Shown: positions 19,744 through 29,391 of the stretch, in pieces | How positions within the stretch are numbered: position 1 is the stretch's first letter | Layout of the letters: the number at the start of each line of letters is the position of its first letter | Assembly (NCBI GenBank): GCA_964389675.1 | Contig: CAYMEV010000001.1 | Location: 124,001-156,538, forward strand | DNA from: an uncultured Candidatus Sumerlaeota bacterium | GTDB lineage: Bacteria > CAYMEV01 | Direction: 5' to 3' | Length of the DNA: 32,538 nt | Program-made: the position numbers and the translations under genes | The notes under the pieces: model-generated | What the model saw: only the letters and a program-made list of their open reading frames with translations | The model's database searches: none | Told to the model about the DNA's origin: nothing

Positions 19744-20698
19744 ACCTGTTAATTACCTTTTCATAGAAGGGCATTACGAATTCTATTACTGAATTTTTCC
19801 TGAGATCTTTCAGCAGATCGGCATATTTCTGCTCCAGTTTCTTGTTATAGAGCATATCCCTGATATTCTCCTTAAGCTCAGAAAATTCCCTGTAGGATTT
19901 GGGAAGAACCCTGTTCACTTTGAGGATATTGTAAGACCCGTCATAAAGAAACGGCTCTGTCACCATTCCTTCAACGGGATTTTCAAGCATTTTCCGGAAT
20001 GTCTCATTAAGACTGCTGATATTTATCAGCCCCAGATTTCCCCCAAGATTCTTTGAAGCTTCATGTGTGGAATACTCCCGGGCTGCTGATTCAAAATCCC
20101 CATTTTCCATGATCTTATTATATATTATCCGGGCATTTTCCATTTCCGGGCCTGCGGTAATTATACTCAGGTCCAGCTGGGATTCAGTAAGAAAATCCTC
20201 CCTGTTCTCCTCGTAATATGCCAGGGCATCCGATTCGGTTATAACCGGGGGCTGTATCTTCTGCCTTACAAAATACTGCACCGTATTTCTTCTCTTTATA
20301 TTGTCAATGAGGGAAGAAAGTGTAAGATTCTCCCTGTCCAGCTTTTCAATAAGCTCTTCATCCGTTTTGGCATTGACTGATTCCTTTATCCTTTCAATCT
20401 CCTTTTTAAGGACCGAATCCGGTATCTGAATACCTTCAAGATCAGCAGCCTGATAAAGGAGAAGATCATTTATAAGGCTTTCAAGGACATCTGCAGACAG
20501 TTTCATATATTCATCGGAGCCTGGGCTGATATATCTTCCCTTCTCCCTTATATATGAATCCACAAGTGTTCTTATCTCATAATCTGTAATGGCCTGGCCA
20601 TTAACCTTGCACGCAATCTGCATTATTATCTCGCATAAGGCTACCTGGCTGAACATGGCTATTAATGCGACCAGGAAAAATATCTTTCGTTTTATCAT
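19721..20698 (-). CDS. SurA-like periplasmic chaperone / PpiC-type peptidyl-prolyl isomerase
   Basis: Signal peptide; IACKVNGQAIT SurA N-domain, LESLINDLLLYQAA; FESAAREYS..ASKNLGGNLGLI parvulin motif. Confidence 0.85.
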   Translation of the reverse strand: MIKRKIFFLVALIAMFSQVALCEIIMQIACKVNGQAITDYEIRTLVDSYIREKGRYISPGSDEYMKLSADVLESLINDLLLYQAADLEGIQIPDSVLKKEIERIKESVNAKTDEELIEKLDRENLTLSSLIDNIKRRNTVQYFVRQKIQPPVITESDALAYYEENREDFLTESQLDLSIITAGPEMENARIIYNKIMENGDFESAAREYSTHEASKNLGGNLGLINISSLNETFRKMLENPVEGMVTEPFLYDGSYNILKVNRVLPKSYREFSELKENIRDMLYNKKLEQKYADLLKDLRKNSVIEFVMPFYEKVINRYGGNYAM

Positions 20699-21645
20699 GT
20701 ACCTTTAAACTCCCTGTTTATTTTCTCAATAATTTCAGAAATATCTTTATCATTTACTATAATCCTGATTTCCGCTTTTTTAAACAATTCTTTAATGAAT
20801 CTGTTCTTTGCTTCTCTTTCTTTTTCAATTTTGATTGAGAGCATTGCCCTGTCCCTGATATCCTTCTCTGTCATCATTTTCTCTTCCTTCCTGTCCCTGA
20901 TATAATAAAGCATAAACCCGTCACTCCCTTCAATGATGCCAGAAAAGGAGTTCAATCCCATATCCTGAAGGCCTTTCAGCATGTCACCTGCTTTTTCTAC
21001 AGGCAAATACCCCAGTATATTCATATCAGCATTCGGATTTGATAATTTATATTCATGAAATGCTTCAGATATCATCTCAAATTCATCCATATTTTCAACC
21101 AGCTCTAAAAATTCCCCTGCATTCAATTCATTATCAAAGTGAAACTCGATAAGAAATAAGCTCTCGGGTTCAAGCGTCCTGTTGAGTATCTTTCCGGAAT
21201 AATCCTCAATCTCTTCATCAGTTACAGTAACTTCATTTTCAATAGCGGCTGCAAGAATATAGTCAGCCATATAGTTTCTCTTCAGGTCATCAATATTCTC
21301 TTCTATGTTAAAATATTCTGCATCTCCGAATACACTGTTAATTGCTTCATAAAAATCATCTTCCTCAGGCTCAATATTTCTTTTCATTCCATATTCAATG
21401 ATTATTTTCTCAATTATCAGCTCTCTTAGTACCATATGCTTTAATTCAAAATCTGTCCCGGATGAACCCTCATAAAAATCCCAGTCTTCCTTTTTATCCT
21501 GCAGAAGTGAGTAGAATTCACCGACCAGCACAGGTTCTTCATTGATATAAAGCATTACGCTTGTCTCTTTTTCCACTGATCTGCAGTTTATGACTGCAAT
21601 TAAAATAAAAATAAAAAGAATGATGAAATATAAAAGCCTTTTCAT
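20695..21645 (-). CDS. Divergent SurA/PrsA-like foldase (possible lipoprotein)
   Basis: Hydrophobic N-terminus ending in Cys; YINEEPV, VLRELIIEKII, VTVTDEEIEDY, LGYLP, SGIIEGSDGFMLYYIRDRK; parvulin motifs poorly conserved. Confidence 0.6.
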   Translation of the reverse strand: MKRLLYFIILFIFILIAVINCRSVEKETSVMLYINEEPVLVGEFYSLLQDKKEDWDFYEGSSGTDFELKHMVLRELIIEKIIIEYGMKRNIEPEEDDFYEAINSVFGDAEYFNIEENIDDLKRNYMADYILAAAIENEVTVTDEEIEDYSGKILNRTLEPESLFLIEFHFDNELNAGEFLELVENMDEFEMISEAFHEYKLSNPNADMNILGYLPVEKAGDMLKGLQDMGLNSFSGIIEGSDGFMLYYIRDRKEEKMMTEKDIRDRAMLSIKIEKEREAKNRFIKELFKKAEIRIIVNDKDISEIIEKINREFKGT

Positions 21646-21694
21646 TTATACGATTCTGCCGGGAAGATTTATCATATAGCAATTACATTAAATT

Positions 21695-21723
21695 AATATA
21701 CAGTATAGTACTATATTAATCAA
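21695..21723 (-). promoter_or_regulatory. Candidate internal sigma70-type promoter
   Basis: Minus strand TTGATT (21723-21718), 17 nt spacer, TATATT (21700-21695), in the 78-nt gap, the largest in the gene run. Confidence 0.45.
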
Positions 21724-22620
21724 TTAATTAAAAAATTTAACATCATATTTTTTAATCAGTTCTGATCTTATTTCTTCAAGTTTGTTATAGTATTGAGCCT
21801 GGTACTCTTTTTTATTCCTCTTGATAATTTCCTTCCTGATAATATTTTCTGCTTCGTCAAGATCCAGGATCCTGCTCTCTTTTCTGCCTGTCAATCTGAT
21901 AATGGCTGAACCTTTCTCGAGGTCAATGAACCTGCTGATCTCTCCTGTTTTGAGTTCATTGAATGCTTTATCTGCAATTTCAGGATCAATAGTATCGGAT
22001 GTCACCCAGCCTATGTCTCCCCCTGACCTGTTTGACGGGTCAACGCTGTACATTTCAGCCAGCTCTTCAAATGATAAGCCATCCGAAAGCCCGTTCATCA
22101 CAGCATCTTTTTTTTCTTCCAGGCTGTTATTTTCATCCCCCTGGACATATATAACCTGAAGCCTTACCTTGGCAGGCATAATGAACATATCCCTGTTCTC
22201 ATTATAAAATTCCTTGATCCTGGCATCATCAATATGGTAAAGTTCCTTTTCCAGGTGCTTTACATACATTGATGAATAAGCTCTATACAAGCCGTCTCTT
22301 ATCATCCTTTTCATATCAGGGTCACTGCTTAAATCCATGCTCCTGCCTTCCAGATAGAGCAGTCTATCAAATACTATCTGCTGAAGGAAGACCTCTCTAT
22401 TTGACTTGTCCAGCTCAGATTTATCAATGTTCAGGCTGCTGGCCAGATAGTCAATATCATCTTCAGTTATGTAAATATTCCCGATCACAGCACGGACATC
22501 TGAATTGTCCTCAATTACCGGAAATTTCAGAGAAGGTTCCCGGTTTCCAAAAAATAGCAATGCCATGAAAATAAGGTTAAGCCCTAACAGCAACAGGGTA
22601 ACAATTCTGATTGCCTTCAT
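21724..22620 (-). CDS. PpiC-type peptidyl-prolyl cis-trans isomerase
   Basis: N-terminal TM; IKEFYNENRDMF..PAKVRL..I; SFEELAEMYSVDPSNRSGGDIGWV; LKTGEISRFI. Confidence 0.88.
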   Translation of the reverse strand: MKAIRIVTLLLLGLNLIFMALLFFGNREPSLKFPVIEDNSDVRAVIGNIYITEDDIDYLASSLNIDKSELDKSNREVFLQQIVFDRLLYLEGRSMDLSSDPDMKRMIRDGLYRAYSSMYVKHLEKELYHIDDARIKEFYNENRDMFIMPAKVRLQVIYVQGDENNSLEEKKDAVMNGLSDGLSFEELAEMYSVDPSNRSGGDIGWVTSDTIDPEIADKAFNELKTGEISRFIDLEKGSAIIRLTGRKESRILDLDEAENIIRKEIIKRNKKEYQAQYYNKLEEIRSELIKKYDVKFFN

Positions 22621-25600
22621 TTAAATATCCTTTCAAAGAGAAATTCACACTCATTAATCATATTGCTAAGGGAATTATCCTTAAGCTTTACAATTAGCTG
22701 GTTCTCTTTCAGCATATACTTGTTTTTGTAATTATTAACTATTTTTAGCAGATTATCAAGCTTTATGGTGTTTTGTTCAAGGAGGACCAGTGCAAGGATG
22801 TTCTCATGGCTGATAATTGTTTTAATGCCCTTTCTGCTGCTTTTAATTCTGAGTTTATTAAGCAGTATCACATTATTTACTTCATTTGGCACAGGCCCGA
22901 ACCTGTCTCTCAATTCTTCTGCCACAATATCTATATCATCATAGGTTGCACAGTTTGAAAGCCTTTTATAGAAACTGAAACGTTCAGATACATCTGATAT
23001 ATAGACAGGCGGTATATAAGCGCTTTTATCAAGTTTTATCTCCACTTCGCTGAAGTCAGAGAACCGTTGGCCTCTTAGCTCTTCTACCGTCTCTTTCAGC
23101 ATTTTGGTATAGAATTCTATTCCCAGCTGTTCAATATGCCCTGACTGCTCTTTTCCTACAAGATTGCCTGCCCCTCTGATATCAAGGTCATAACCGGCAA
23201 GCTGAAAACCGGCACCCAGTTCAGAAAGGTTCATAATAGCCTGCATCCTTAGCCTGCCGTCATTGGTCATTTTTCTCCTGTTCTCTATTATCAGGTAGGC
23301 ATAGGCCTGCCTGTTGGTTCTTCCTACCCTTCCCCTGAGCTGGTATAGCTGAGCCAGGCCCAGTTTGTCAGCATTATCAATAAGTATAGTATTTGCATTT
23401 GGTATATCCAGGCCGGATTCAATAATAGTGGTGCATAAAAGTATATCGAATTTCCTTTCAATAAAATCAAGCATTACCCTTTCAAGCTGGCTGTCTCGCA
23501 TCTGAGCATGCCCGACAGCAATTCTTGCTCCGGGAAGAAGATCGGTCAGCCATCTTTCAGTCCCGTATATGGACTGCACCCTGTTATGAACGAAAAACAC
23601 CTGCCCGCCCCTACTTATTTCTTTATAAACCGCATTCTGAACAAGATGGTCCTGTTTCTCAATTATCCGGGTTTTAATTGACAGCCTGTCTTTTGGCGGA
23701 GTTGATATGAAACTGATATCCCTCAAACCGCTGACAGCCATATAATATGTTCTGGGAATTGGTGTTGCCGTAAGGGTTATTGTATCAATCTCTTGCCTGA
23801 GAAATTTAAGTGATTCCTTGTGACTGACACCGAACCGGTGTTCTTCGTCAATCACCAGAAGGCCAAGGTCATGGAAGGCTACATCATTTGAAAGGAGCCT
23901 GTGGGTACCAATAACTATATCGATCTTCCCTTCAATAAGCTTATCTACTATATCATGCTCCGTTTTTGCATCTGTAAATCTTGACAGCATTGCAATATTT
24001 ACAGGGTGCCCCTTGAATCTGTCCAGAAAGGTTATATAGTGCTGCTGAGCCAGCACAGTTGTCGGAACAAGGACCGCAACCTGTTTATTATTCAGGACAG
24101 CAAGATATACAGCTCTCATGACCACCTCAGTTTTTCCAAAGCCGACATCACCTATCATTACCCTGTCCATAGGGTTATCCTTCTGCATATCATTTTTTAT
24201 TTCCTGTGTAGCCCTGTATTGATCCTGGGTTTCTTCATAAAGGAAATCAGAATCAAACTCCTCTTCATAATCCTCAAACCTTCTGAACCCAAAGCCCTTT
24301 TTCAGGCTTCTCCTGGCATAAAGGTCCATAAGCTCAGAAGCATATGCCATCAGCTTTTCCTTGATTTTCTTCTTTTTCGCTATAAATTTGCCTGATTTAA
24401 GCTTATCAAGGACAATTTCCTTTTCGCCGGAAGCATACCTGTGAATGCAGTTCAGATTATAAACAGGAATAAAAAGCTTATCCTGGTCCCTGTAAAGGAT
24501 TTCTACGAAATCTATGAGATTACCGTCAATATCCATGGTCTTTATGCCTGAATACCTGCCTACTCCATAGGAGCTATGCACTACATAATCATCTATTTTC
24601 AGCTTAAGAATGGAGCTGAGGTCGCCAGCTGTCCTTTTCCTCTCCTCTTTCTCCTTTTCAAACCTGTGTCCGTATATTTCAAGCTCTGATAAAAAAACTG
24701 CATGAAAATAATCGGAAATAAACCCCCTTGATAATTCACCCTTTATAATATGGACTCCCCTGTCAGCAGACCAGTCTGAGCCTGCATCAAAATAGATGCC
24801 CTTAGACTGAAGGATGCCTTTCAGGTTTTTTATAAGCTTGCCGGACGGGAGTGCGATTAATGTGCCATATCCCTCCCTGGACCATTTTATTATATCTTCC
24901 TGTAATCTTTCCATATTCCCATGATAATTTTCCAGGTACCTCGAATCTATATGCACATCTTCGCTGCCCTGTGATACGAGGTTTAAGGACATGGAATACA
25001 TGTTCCTGATATGTTCGAATACCCTTTTCCTCGCTTTGGAGAGCTTTCCTTTAATGCAATTATATAAAATGTCATCCTGATATTTGAATTCTGATTCGAA
25101 TTCAAGAAAATCCTTTTTTTCATCCAGGATTATCCTTGTGTCATCCGTAATATAATCAATAATGCACGATTCATACAGCAGACAGCTGAGGAACTCTTCA
25201 TTTCTGCTTTCAGGGCTGCAATAATGTCCAATAATTTCATTTATCTTCTGGCTCTGAACAAAACTGGACACATTCAGTTTTTGAGCAATACCAGAGACAT
25301 CTGAATCCCTGAAAAAGGAGTACACAGGCTTTACAGGGACAAGAAGCAGCTCAGATACGGGCCTGATAGACCTCTGATTAAGATGGTCAAATGTCCTCAT
25401 GGAAGATATCAGATCATCCTCATCAAGTTCAATCCTTACCGGGAATTTTTGGAAAGGCACAAATATGTCAGTTATAAAGCCCCTGCTGCAATACTGCCCC
25501 TCGGATACAACAAGGTCTGCCCGCTCATATCCATAAGAAAAAAGAATATTTATAAGGTCATCCCTGTCTATCTTTTTACCTGTATAAAGCTCTGTTGAAA

Positions 25601-25976
25601 AATCCATGATGCTATAGGGATCCGGGAGGAAATTATAGACAGAAGCATAATCTATAATGCTTATCAGGTTTTTATACTTAAGCATGGTGTAAAGAAACCT
25701 GTAAAGGGATGCCCTGAAGGCAATACGGTCCTCTTTTACCCCGCACATCATGTTAACAGCCGGCTTTTCCGCGTTAATGAGATCTCCTGATATAAAGGTT
25801 TTTAAGGAAGACTGTATATAGACTGATTCCTCAGGTGTAGGAGATATGATAAGCACAGGGCTTCTGTATTTTTCGTATGCCTGCAGGGCTATAAGGGATT
25901 TCAGCTTGGAATTGCCAACTACAATATCAGCGTTTTCCCCCGGCAGCAAGCTGAAAAAGGATTCAGGTCCCTTCAT
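22617..25976 (-). CDS. mfd: Transcription-repair coupling factor
   Basis: UvrB-homology region (GYER..V..EGQYCSRG..DIF), RID (DYVVH..YGVGRY), GDVGFGKTEV, DEEHRFGV, TATPIPRT, QLYQLRGRVGR, DLDIRGAGNLVG.EQSG, DRFGP.P. Confidence 0.97.
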   Translation of the reverse strand: MKGPESFFSLLPGENADIVVGNSKLKSLIALQAYEKYRSPVLIISPTPEESVYIQSSLKTFISGDLINAEKPAVNMMCGVKEDRIAFRASLYRFLYTMLKYKNLISIIDYASVYNFLPDPYSIMDFSTELYTGKKIDRDDLINILFSYGYERADLVVSEGQYCSRGFITDIFVPFQKFPVRIELDEDDLISSMRTFDHLNQRSIRPVSELLLVPVKPVYSFFRDSDVSGIAQKLNVSSFVQSQKINEIIGHYCSPESRNEEFLSCLLYESCIIDYITDDTRIILDEKKDFLEFESEFKYQDDILYNCIKGKLSKARKRVFEHIRNMYSMSLNLVSQGSEDVHIDSRYLENYHGNMERLQEDIIKWSREGYGTLIALPSGKLIKNLKGILQSKGIYFDAGSDWSADRGVHIIKGELSRGFISDYFHAVFLSELEIYGHRFEKEKEERKRTAGDLSSILKLKIDDYVVHSSYGVGRYSGIKTMDIDGNLIDFVEILYRDQDKLFIPVYNLNCIHRYASGEKEIVLDKLKSGKFIAKKKKIKEKLMAYASELMDLYARRSLKKGFGFRRFEDYEEEFDSDFLYEETQDQYRATQEIKNDMQKDNPMDRVMIGDVGFGKTEVVMRAVYLAVLNNKQVAVLVPTTVLAQQHYITFLDRFKGHPVNIAMLSRFTDAKTEHDIVDKLIEGKIDIVIGTHRLLSNDVAFHDLGLLVIDEEHRFGVSHKESLKFLRQEIDTITLTATPIPRTYYMAVSGLRDISFISTPPKDRLSIKTRIIEKQDHLVQNAVYKEISRGGQVFFVHNRVQSIYGTERWLTDLLPGARIAVGHAQMRDSQLERVMLDFIERKFDILLCTTIIESGLDIPNANTILIDNADKLGLAQLYQLRGRVGRTNRQAYAYLIIENRRKMTNDGRLRMQAIMNLSELGAGFQLAGYDLDIRGAGNLVGKEQSGHIEQLGIEFYTKMLKETVEELRGQRFSDFSEVEIKLDKSAYIPPVYISDVSERFSFYKRLSNCATYDDIDIVAEELRDRFGPVPNEVNNVILLNKLRIKSSRKGIKTIISHENILALVLLEQNTIKLDNLLKIVNNYKNKYMLKENQLIVKLKDNSLSNMINECEFLFERIFK

Positions 25977-26620
25977 GGCTTAAGCTGTATAGCCATCTCC
26001 CTGACAATCTTGTTTATACCTGCCTTCAGGCCTGCAAGAATAACTTCATGTTTGCTGTTCTTGAGCTTTATTGTATGTTTCGCAGAGATTACGGTGTTCC
26101 TGTCATTTGAATCGATAATTTCCACTTCAATAGAAAACTTTGGTTTCTCGCTCAGGGAACTGTCAACAAAAAATTGTGTCTGGCACCCATCGAGGCATAT
26201 TATTGCCCCTGACAGTATGTATTTTGTATCAGGCGGATATAACCCTGTCTGGCGGTCAATAGAGGAAAATATGCCTGTCCCCTTAAGTTCATCCGATATA
26301 TAATCACCTGTAACCCTCTTTAGATCAATCCTTATCAGGTCATCATCATAAAGCTCATAATCATCGTTCCCTATAAAGACAAAATCAGGTATATATACTG
26401 CAGAATCAGACTCTACTGCATCTTTCCCCATATAGAACCAGTCTATGGCCTCTCCATGCTCTAACTGCTCATAATCCCTTATAATGCCAGTCCTTTCCTC
26501 GAATGATACAAACTGCTTTCTGCTGGAACATGCTGATAAAAAGGGAATTAATAAAAATATAAACAGGCCAAGGCTGATAAAGATTCTTTTTTTAATTAAA
26601 TTAAAATGGTATAACTTCAT
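25973..26620 (-). CDS. Putative lipoprotein, function unknown
   Basis: KKR + hydrophobic stretch + LSA-C lipobox. Start re-placed at ATG 26620 (AAGGA just upstream) instead of 26671, which lies deep inside ssb. Stop overlaps the mfd start (ATGA). Confidence 0.65.
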   Translation of the reverse strand: MKLYHFNLIKKRIFISLGLFIFLLIPFLSACSSRKQFVSFEERTGIIRDYEQLEHGEAIDWFYMGKDAVESDSAVYIPDFVFIGNDDYELYDDDLIRIDLKRVTGDYISDELKGTGIFSSIDRQTGLYPPDTKYILSGAIICLDGCQTQFFVDSSLSEKPKFSIEVEIIDSNDRNTVISAKHTIKLKNSKHEVILAGLKAGINKIVREMAIQLKP

Positions 26621-27047
26621 CATCATCCTTCGTGTCATCTTCAGGCTGTGTATCATCCTTGAAACCCTCATCTGAGGATTCCCCTCTGGAATATTCCCTC
26701 GTTTCCCTTCTATCGGACTGAAGGATCATTACCGTATTGGCATTGACCTCGAAGATCTTTCTTTTATTGCCGTTCTGGTCCGTATATTCCCTTGATCTCA
26801 AAGAACCTTCGACATAGACCAGATTGCCCTTTGCAAGATATTCCTTAACAAACTGAGCTGTTTTATCCCAGGTGACAACAGTGTGCCATTCTGTCCTCTC
26901 CTTCCTCTGTCCTGACTGGCTGTCAGTCCAGTAATCGGTGGTTGCAATATTCATTTTTGTAAGAGTCTTGCCTGTAGATGTTGTCATTGATTCCGGATCC
27001 CTTCCAAGCCTTCCGATAAGCTGAACCTTATTTAGATACTGAGCCAT
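26601..27047 (-). CDS. ssb: Single-stranded DNA-binding protein
   Basis: LNKVQLIGRLGRDPE, ERTEWH.V..W, YLAKG.LVYVEGSLRSR; acidic tail ending DDDEVIPF. Confidence 0.97.
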   Translation of the reverse strand: MAQYLNKVQLIGRLGRDPESMTTSTGKTLTKMNIATTDYWTDSQSGQRKERTEWHTVVTWDKTAQFVKEYLAKGNLVYVEGSLRSREYTDQNGNKRKIFEVNANTVMILQSDRRETREYSRGESSDEGFKDDTQPEDDTKDDDEVIPF

Positions 27048-28017
27048 CCTTATCTTCCTCCTTTTCTATATGTTCAATTGACTTTATGTGAAATATGGGT
27101 TTGCTCTGGGATTCATAATAAATCCTTACCATCATCTCTGCAAGCAGGCCCAGAGCTATAAACTGAACCCCGACGATAAACATCATGACTCCAAGAAGAG
27201 CTATAGGATTTCTGTTGATATTCAGGTGCATGAAGTATTTCATGTAAACAGCAAGCAGCTCCATTAAAAAGCTTAGTATAATAGCAGAAAGGCCGACGCC
27301 TCCAAAGATATAGATCGGGCCCTTGTGGAAACTCAGCAGGAATTTCACTGTAATAAGGTCAAGAACAACCTTGAAGGTCCTTCCCAGGCCATATTTGCTC
27401 TTACCTGAGCTCCTGGGCCTGTGGACAACCTCTGCTTCAGTTATCTTTGCTCCTACCCATGAGCATAATGCGGGCAGAAACCTGTGCATTTCCCCGTACA
27501 GCTTAATACTCTGAATAACGTTCCGCCTGTAGACTTTAAGACTGCATCCGTAATCATGCAGTTTTACCCCGGTAATCCTTGATATAACCCAGTTAGCAAT
27601 CCTTGATGGCAAAATCCTTGTAAGAAATCTGTCCTTTCTGTCCTTCCTCCATCCGGAGACAATATCATAGCCTTCTTCTGCCTTTTGAATCAGTTTGGGT
27701 ATCTCCATTGGAGGATTCTGGAGATCACCGTCGATAGGGACAATATATCTGCCCTCCGCATGATGTATTCCTGCAGCCATTGCAGATGTCTGCCCGAAAT
27801 TCCTCCTGAAATCTATAATCTTTATGCCATCAAAATTATAGTTTTTGAGCTCACTTCTAAGAATCTCAAGTGTTCTGTCCGTACTGCCGTCATTAATAAA
27901 CAGGATCTCTGTTCTGTAGTCCACAGACCCGGAAAACTGATATAATTCCTCTAAAAGGGATATTATATTTGATTCTTCATTGTAAAGCGGAATAATGACT
28001 GAAACTAGATATTCCAT
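27028..28017 (-). CDS. GT2 polyprenol-phosphate glycosyltransferase (DPM1/ArnC-like)
   Basis: VSVIIPLYNEE, INDGSTD, FRRNFGQTSA, IDGDLQNPP, LHDYGCSLK, YGEMHRF; two C-terminal TM helices. Confidence 0.92.
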   Translation of the reverse strand: MEYLVSVIIPLYNEESNIISLLEELYQFSGSVDYRTEILFINDGSTDRTLEILRSELKNYNFDGIKIIDFRRNFGQTSAMAAGIHHAEGRYIVPIDGDLQNPPMEIPKLIQKAEEGYDIVSGWRKDRKDRFLTRILPSRIANWVISRITGVKLHDYGCSLKVYRRNVIQSIKLYGEMHRFLPALCSWVGAKITEAEVVHRPRSSGKSKYGLGRTFKVVLDLITVKFLLSFHKGPIYIFGGVGLSAIILSFLMELLAVYMKYFMHLNINRNPIALLGVMMFIVGVQFIALGLLAEMMVRIYYESQSKPIFHIKSIEHIEKEEDKDGSVSK

Positions 28018-28066
28018 AAAATAACTTGTTATCCCCTTTGCCTGCTAAGTCAATAAAATTATGGCC

Positions 28067-29080
28067 TCAGGGCTCCTTTATTATATCTGAACCCTTTTTC
28101 ATCATCTCTATGATATGGAGGTCATACGGGCATTTCTTTTCACATTCCCCGCATTTGATGCAGTCGTCAAATTTTTTTTCAAGGGCTGAAAGCCTCTGCA
28201 GTACCCAGTCCTTAAGCTTATATCTCTCCCAGTATGCAATAAGCAGAAGAAGAAACGGAATATTAAGCCCCTGAGGGCATGGCATGCAATATTCGCATCT
28301 TCTGCAGAACTCACCTTTCCATAGGTCCCTTTCCTCCAGAAGAGCAGACATCTCACTTTCATCAAGCCCCCTTATCTCCGGCAAAACGGAAAGGTTCCTG
28401 TCGACCTGTTCCGGGCTGTCCATACCGCAGACAGCAATATCGGTGCCATTATTAAGTATATACCTGAGGTTCAGCTCAATCTTTTTAAGCGCCCCCCCGG
28501 CTATCGGTTTCATGGCAATGACAGGAATACCCATCGATGAAGCCAGGGGCAGGAGTTCTTCCTCGCAGCCTGTTTCAATTATATTATGGGGTACCTGCAC
28601 AGAACCGAACAAATTTGTCTTCAGGGCTTCAGCAAGCATGTGAGGAATATGCCCGGTAATTCCCACATGAATTATCTTTTTTGATCTTTTTGCTTCCATC
28701 ATAGCCCTTAATGCCCCGCTTTGCATGTCTATGGCCTTTTCAAGGTCTTCGGCTTTATTAATGCAGTGAAGCTGGTACAGATGAATTTTGTCCTGCTTAA
28801 GCTCATTAAGTGAAATTTCGATATCCCTTTTCATATCAGAGTAGGTCCTGGCCATCGATTTGGTGGCAATAAATATTTCTTCGCCGTATTCTTCCAATGC
28901 CAGGCCTGTCTTGCTCTCGGAATCCGTATAGCCCCTGGCTGTATCGATGAAGTTTATCCCCCTTGAAAAAGCATATAAAAGCAGTTTAACTGCATCCAGC
29001 TCATTCAGCCTCTGTATAGGTATGCCTCCAAACCCTATTCTAAAAAGCCTGCTTTTTATGGTATTTCTAAAAATATCCAT
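28067..29080 (-). CDS. Aldo/keto reductase with C-terminal 4Fe-4S dicluster domain
   Basis: IGFGGIPIQR, GINFIDTARGY, IATKS, LYQLH, IAMKP.AGG; CRRCEYCMPCP and CIKCGECEKKCP. Confidence 0.92.
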   Translation of the reverse strand: MDIFRNTIKSRLFRIGFGGIPIQRLNELDAVKLLLYAFSRGINFIDTARGYTDSESKTGLALEEYGEEIFIATKSMARTYSDMKRDIEISLNELKQDKIHLYQLHCINKAEDLEKAIDMQSGALRAMMEAKRSKKIIHVGITGHIPHMLAEALKTNLFGSVQVPHNIIETGCEEELLPLASSMGIPVIAMKPIAGGALKKIELNLRYILNNGTDIAVCGMDSPEQVDRNLSVLPEIRGLDESEMSALLEERDLWKGEFCRRCEYCMPCPQGLNIPFLLLLIAYWERYKLKDWVLQRLSALEKKFDDCIKCGECEKKCPYDLHIIEMMKKGSDIIKEP

Positions 29081-29109
29081 TCCTTCCGCCCCGTCTGCAT
29101 TGTTTTTTA

Positions 29110-29373
29110 TTAATAATATTTCAGTTTTATACTGCTCTCATCCACCTTTTCCACTGACAGCACAAATGCACTGCTTGTAAGAGCAAGGTCCTCGAGCAGT
29201 TTTCTGGTATCCTTAAGGAAAAAGCCTGTTACATATATGCTTAACTGGCTGTTTTTTCTTGAGCATTTATCCAGAAAACAGAGGTTGTCATATCCCTCCA
29301 GGATAAATCTCAGATATACTATGTCCATGTCCTCTATATCAAGGTTTATCCTGTACCAGATAACTTTCAGCAT
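29110..29373 (-). CDS. DUF4911-like small protein
   Basis: DIVYLRFILEGYDNLCFL motif; fills the gap in the co-oriented run; ATG at 29373 (the track uses TTG at 29376). Confidence 0.65.
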   Translation of the reverse strand: MLKVIWYRINLDIEDMDIVYLRFILEGYDNLCFLDKCSRKNSQLSIYVTGFFLKDTRKLLEDLALTSSAFVLSVEKVDESSIKLKYY

Positions 29374-29391
29374 CAAAGATGAAAGATGCCT

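Noticed and set aside
21685..21706. LexA-like TACTGTATAT half-site near the mfd/ssb run
   Set aside because: No matching ACAG half-site at the right spacing, and it lies downstream of mfd
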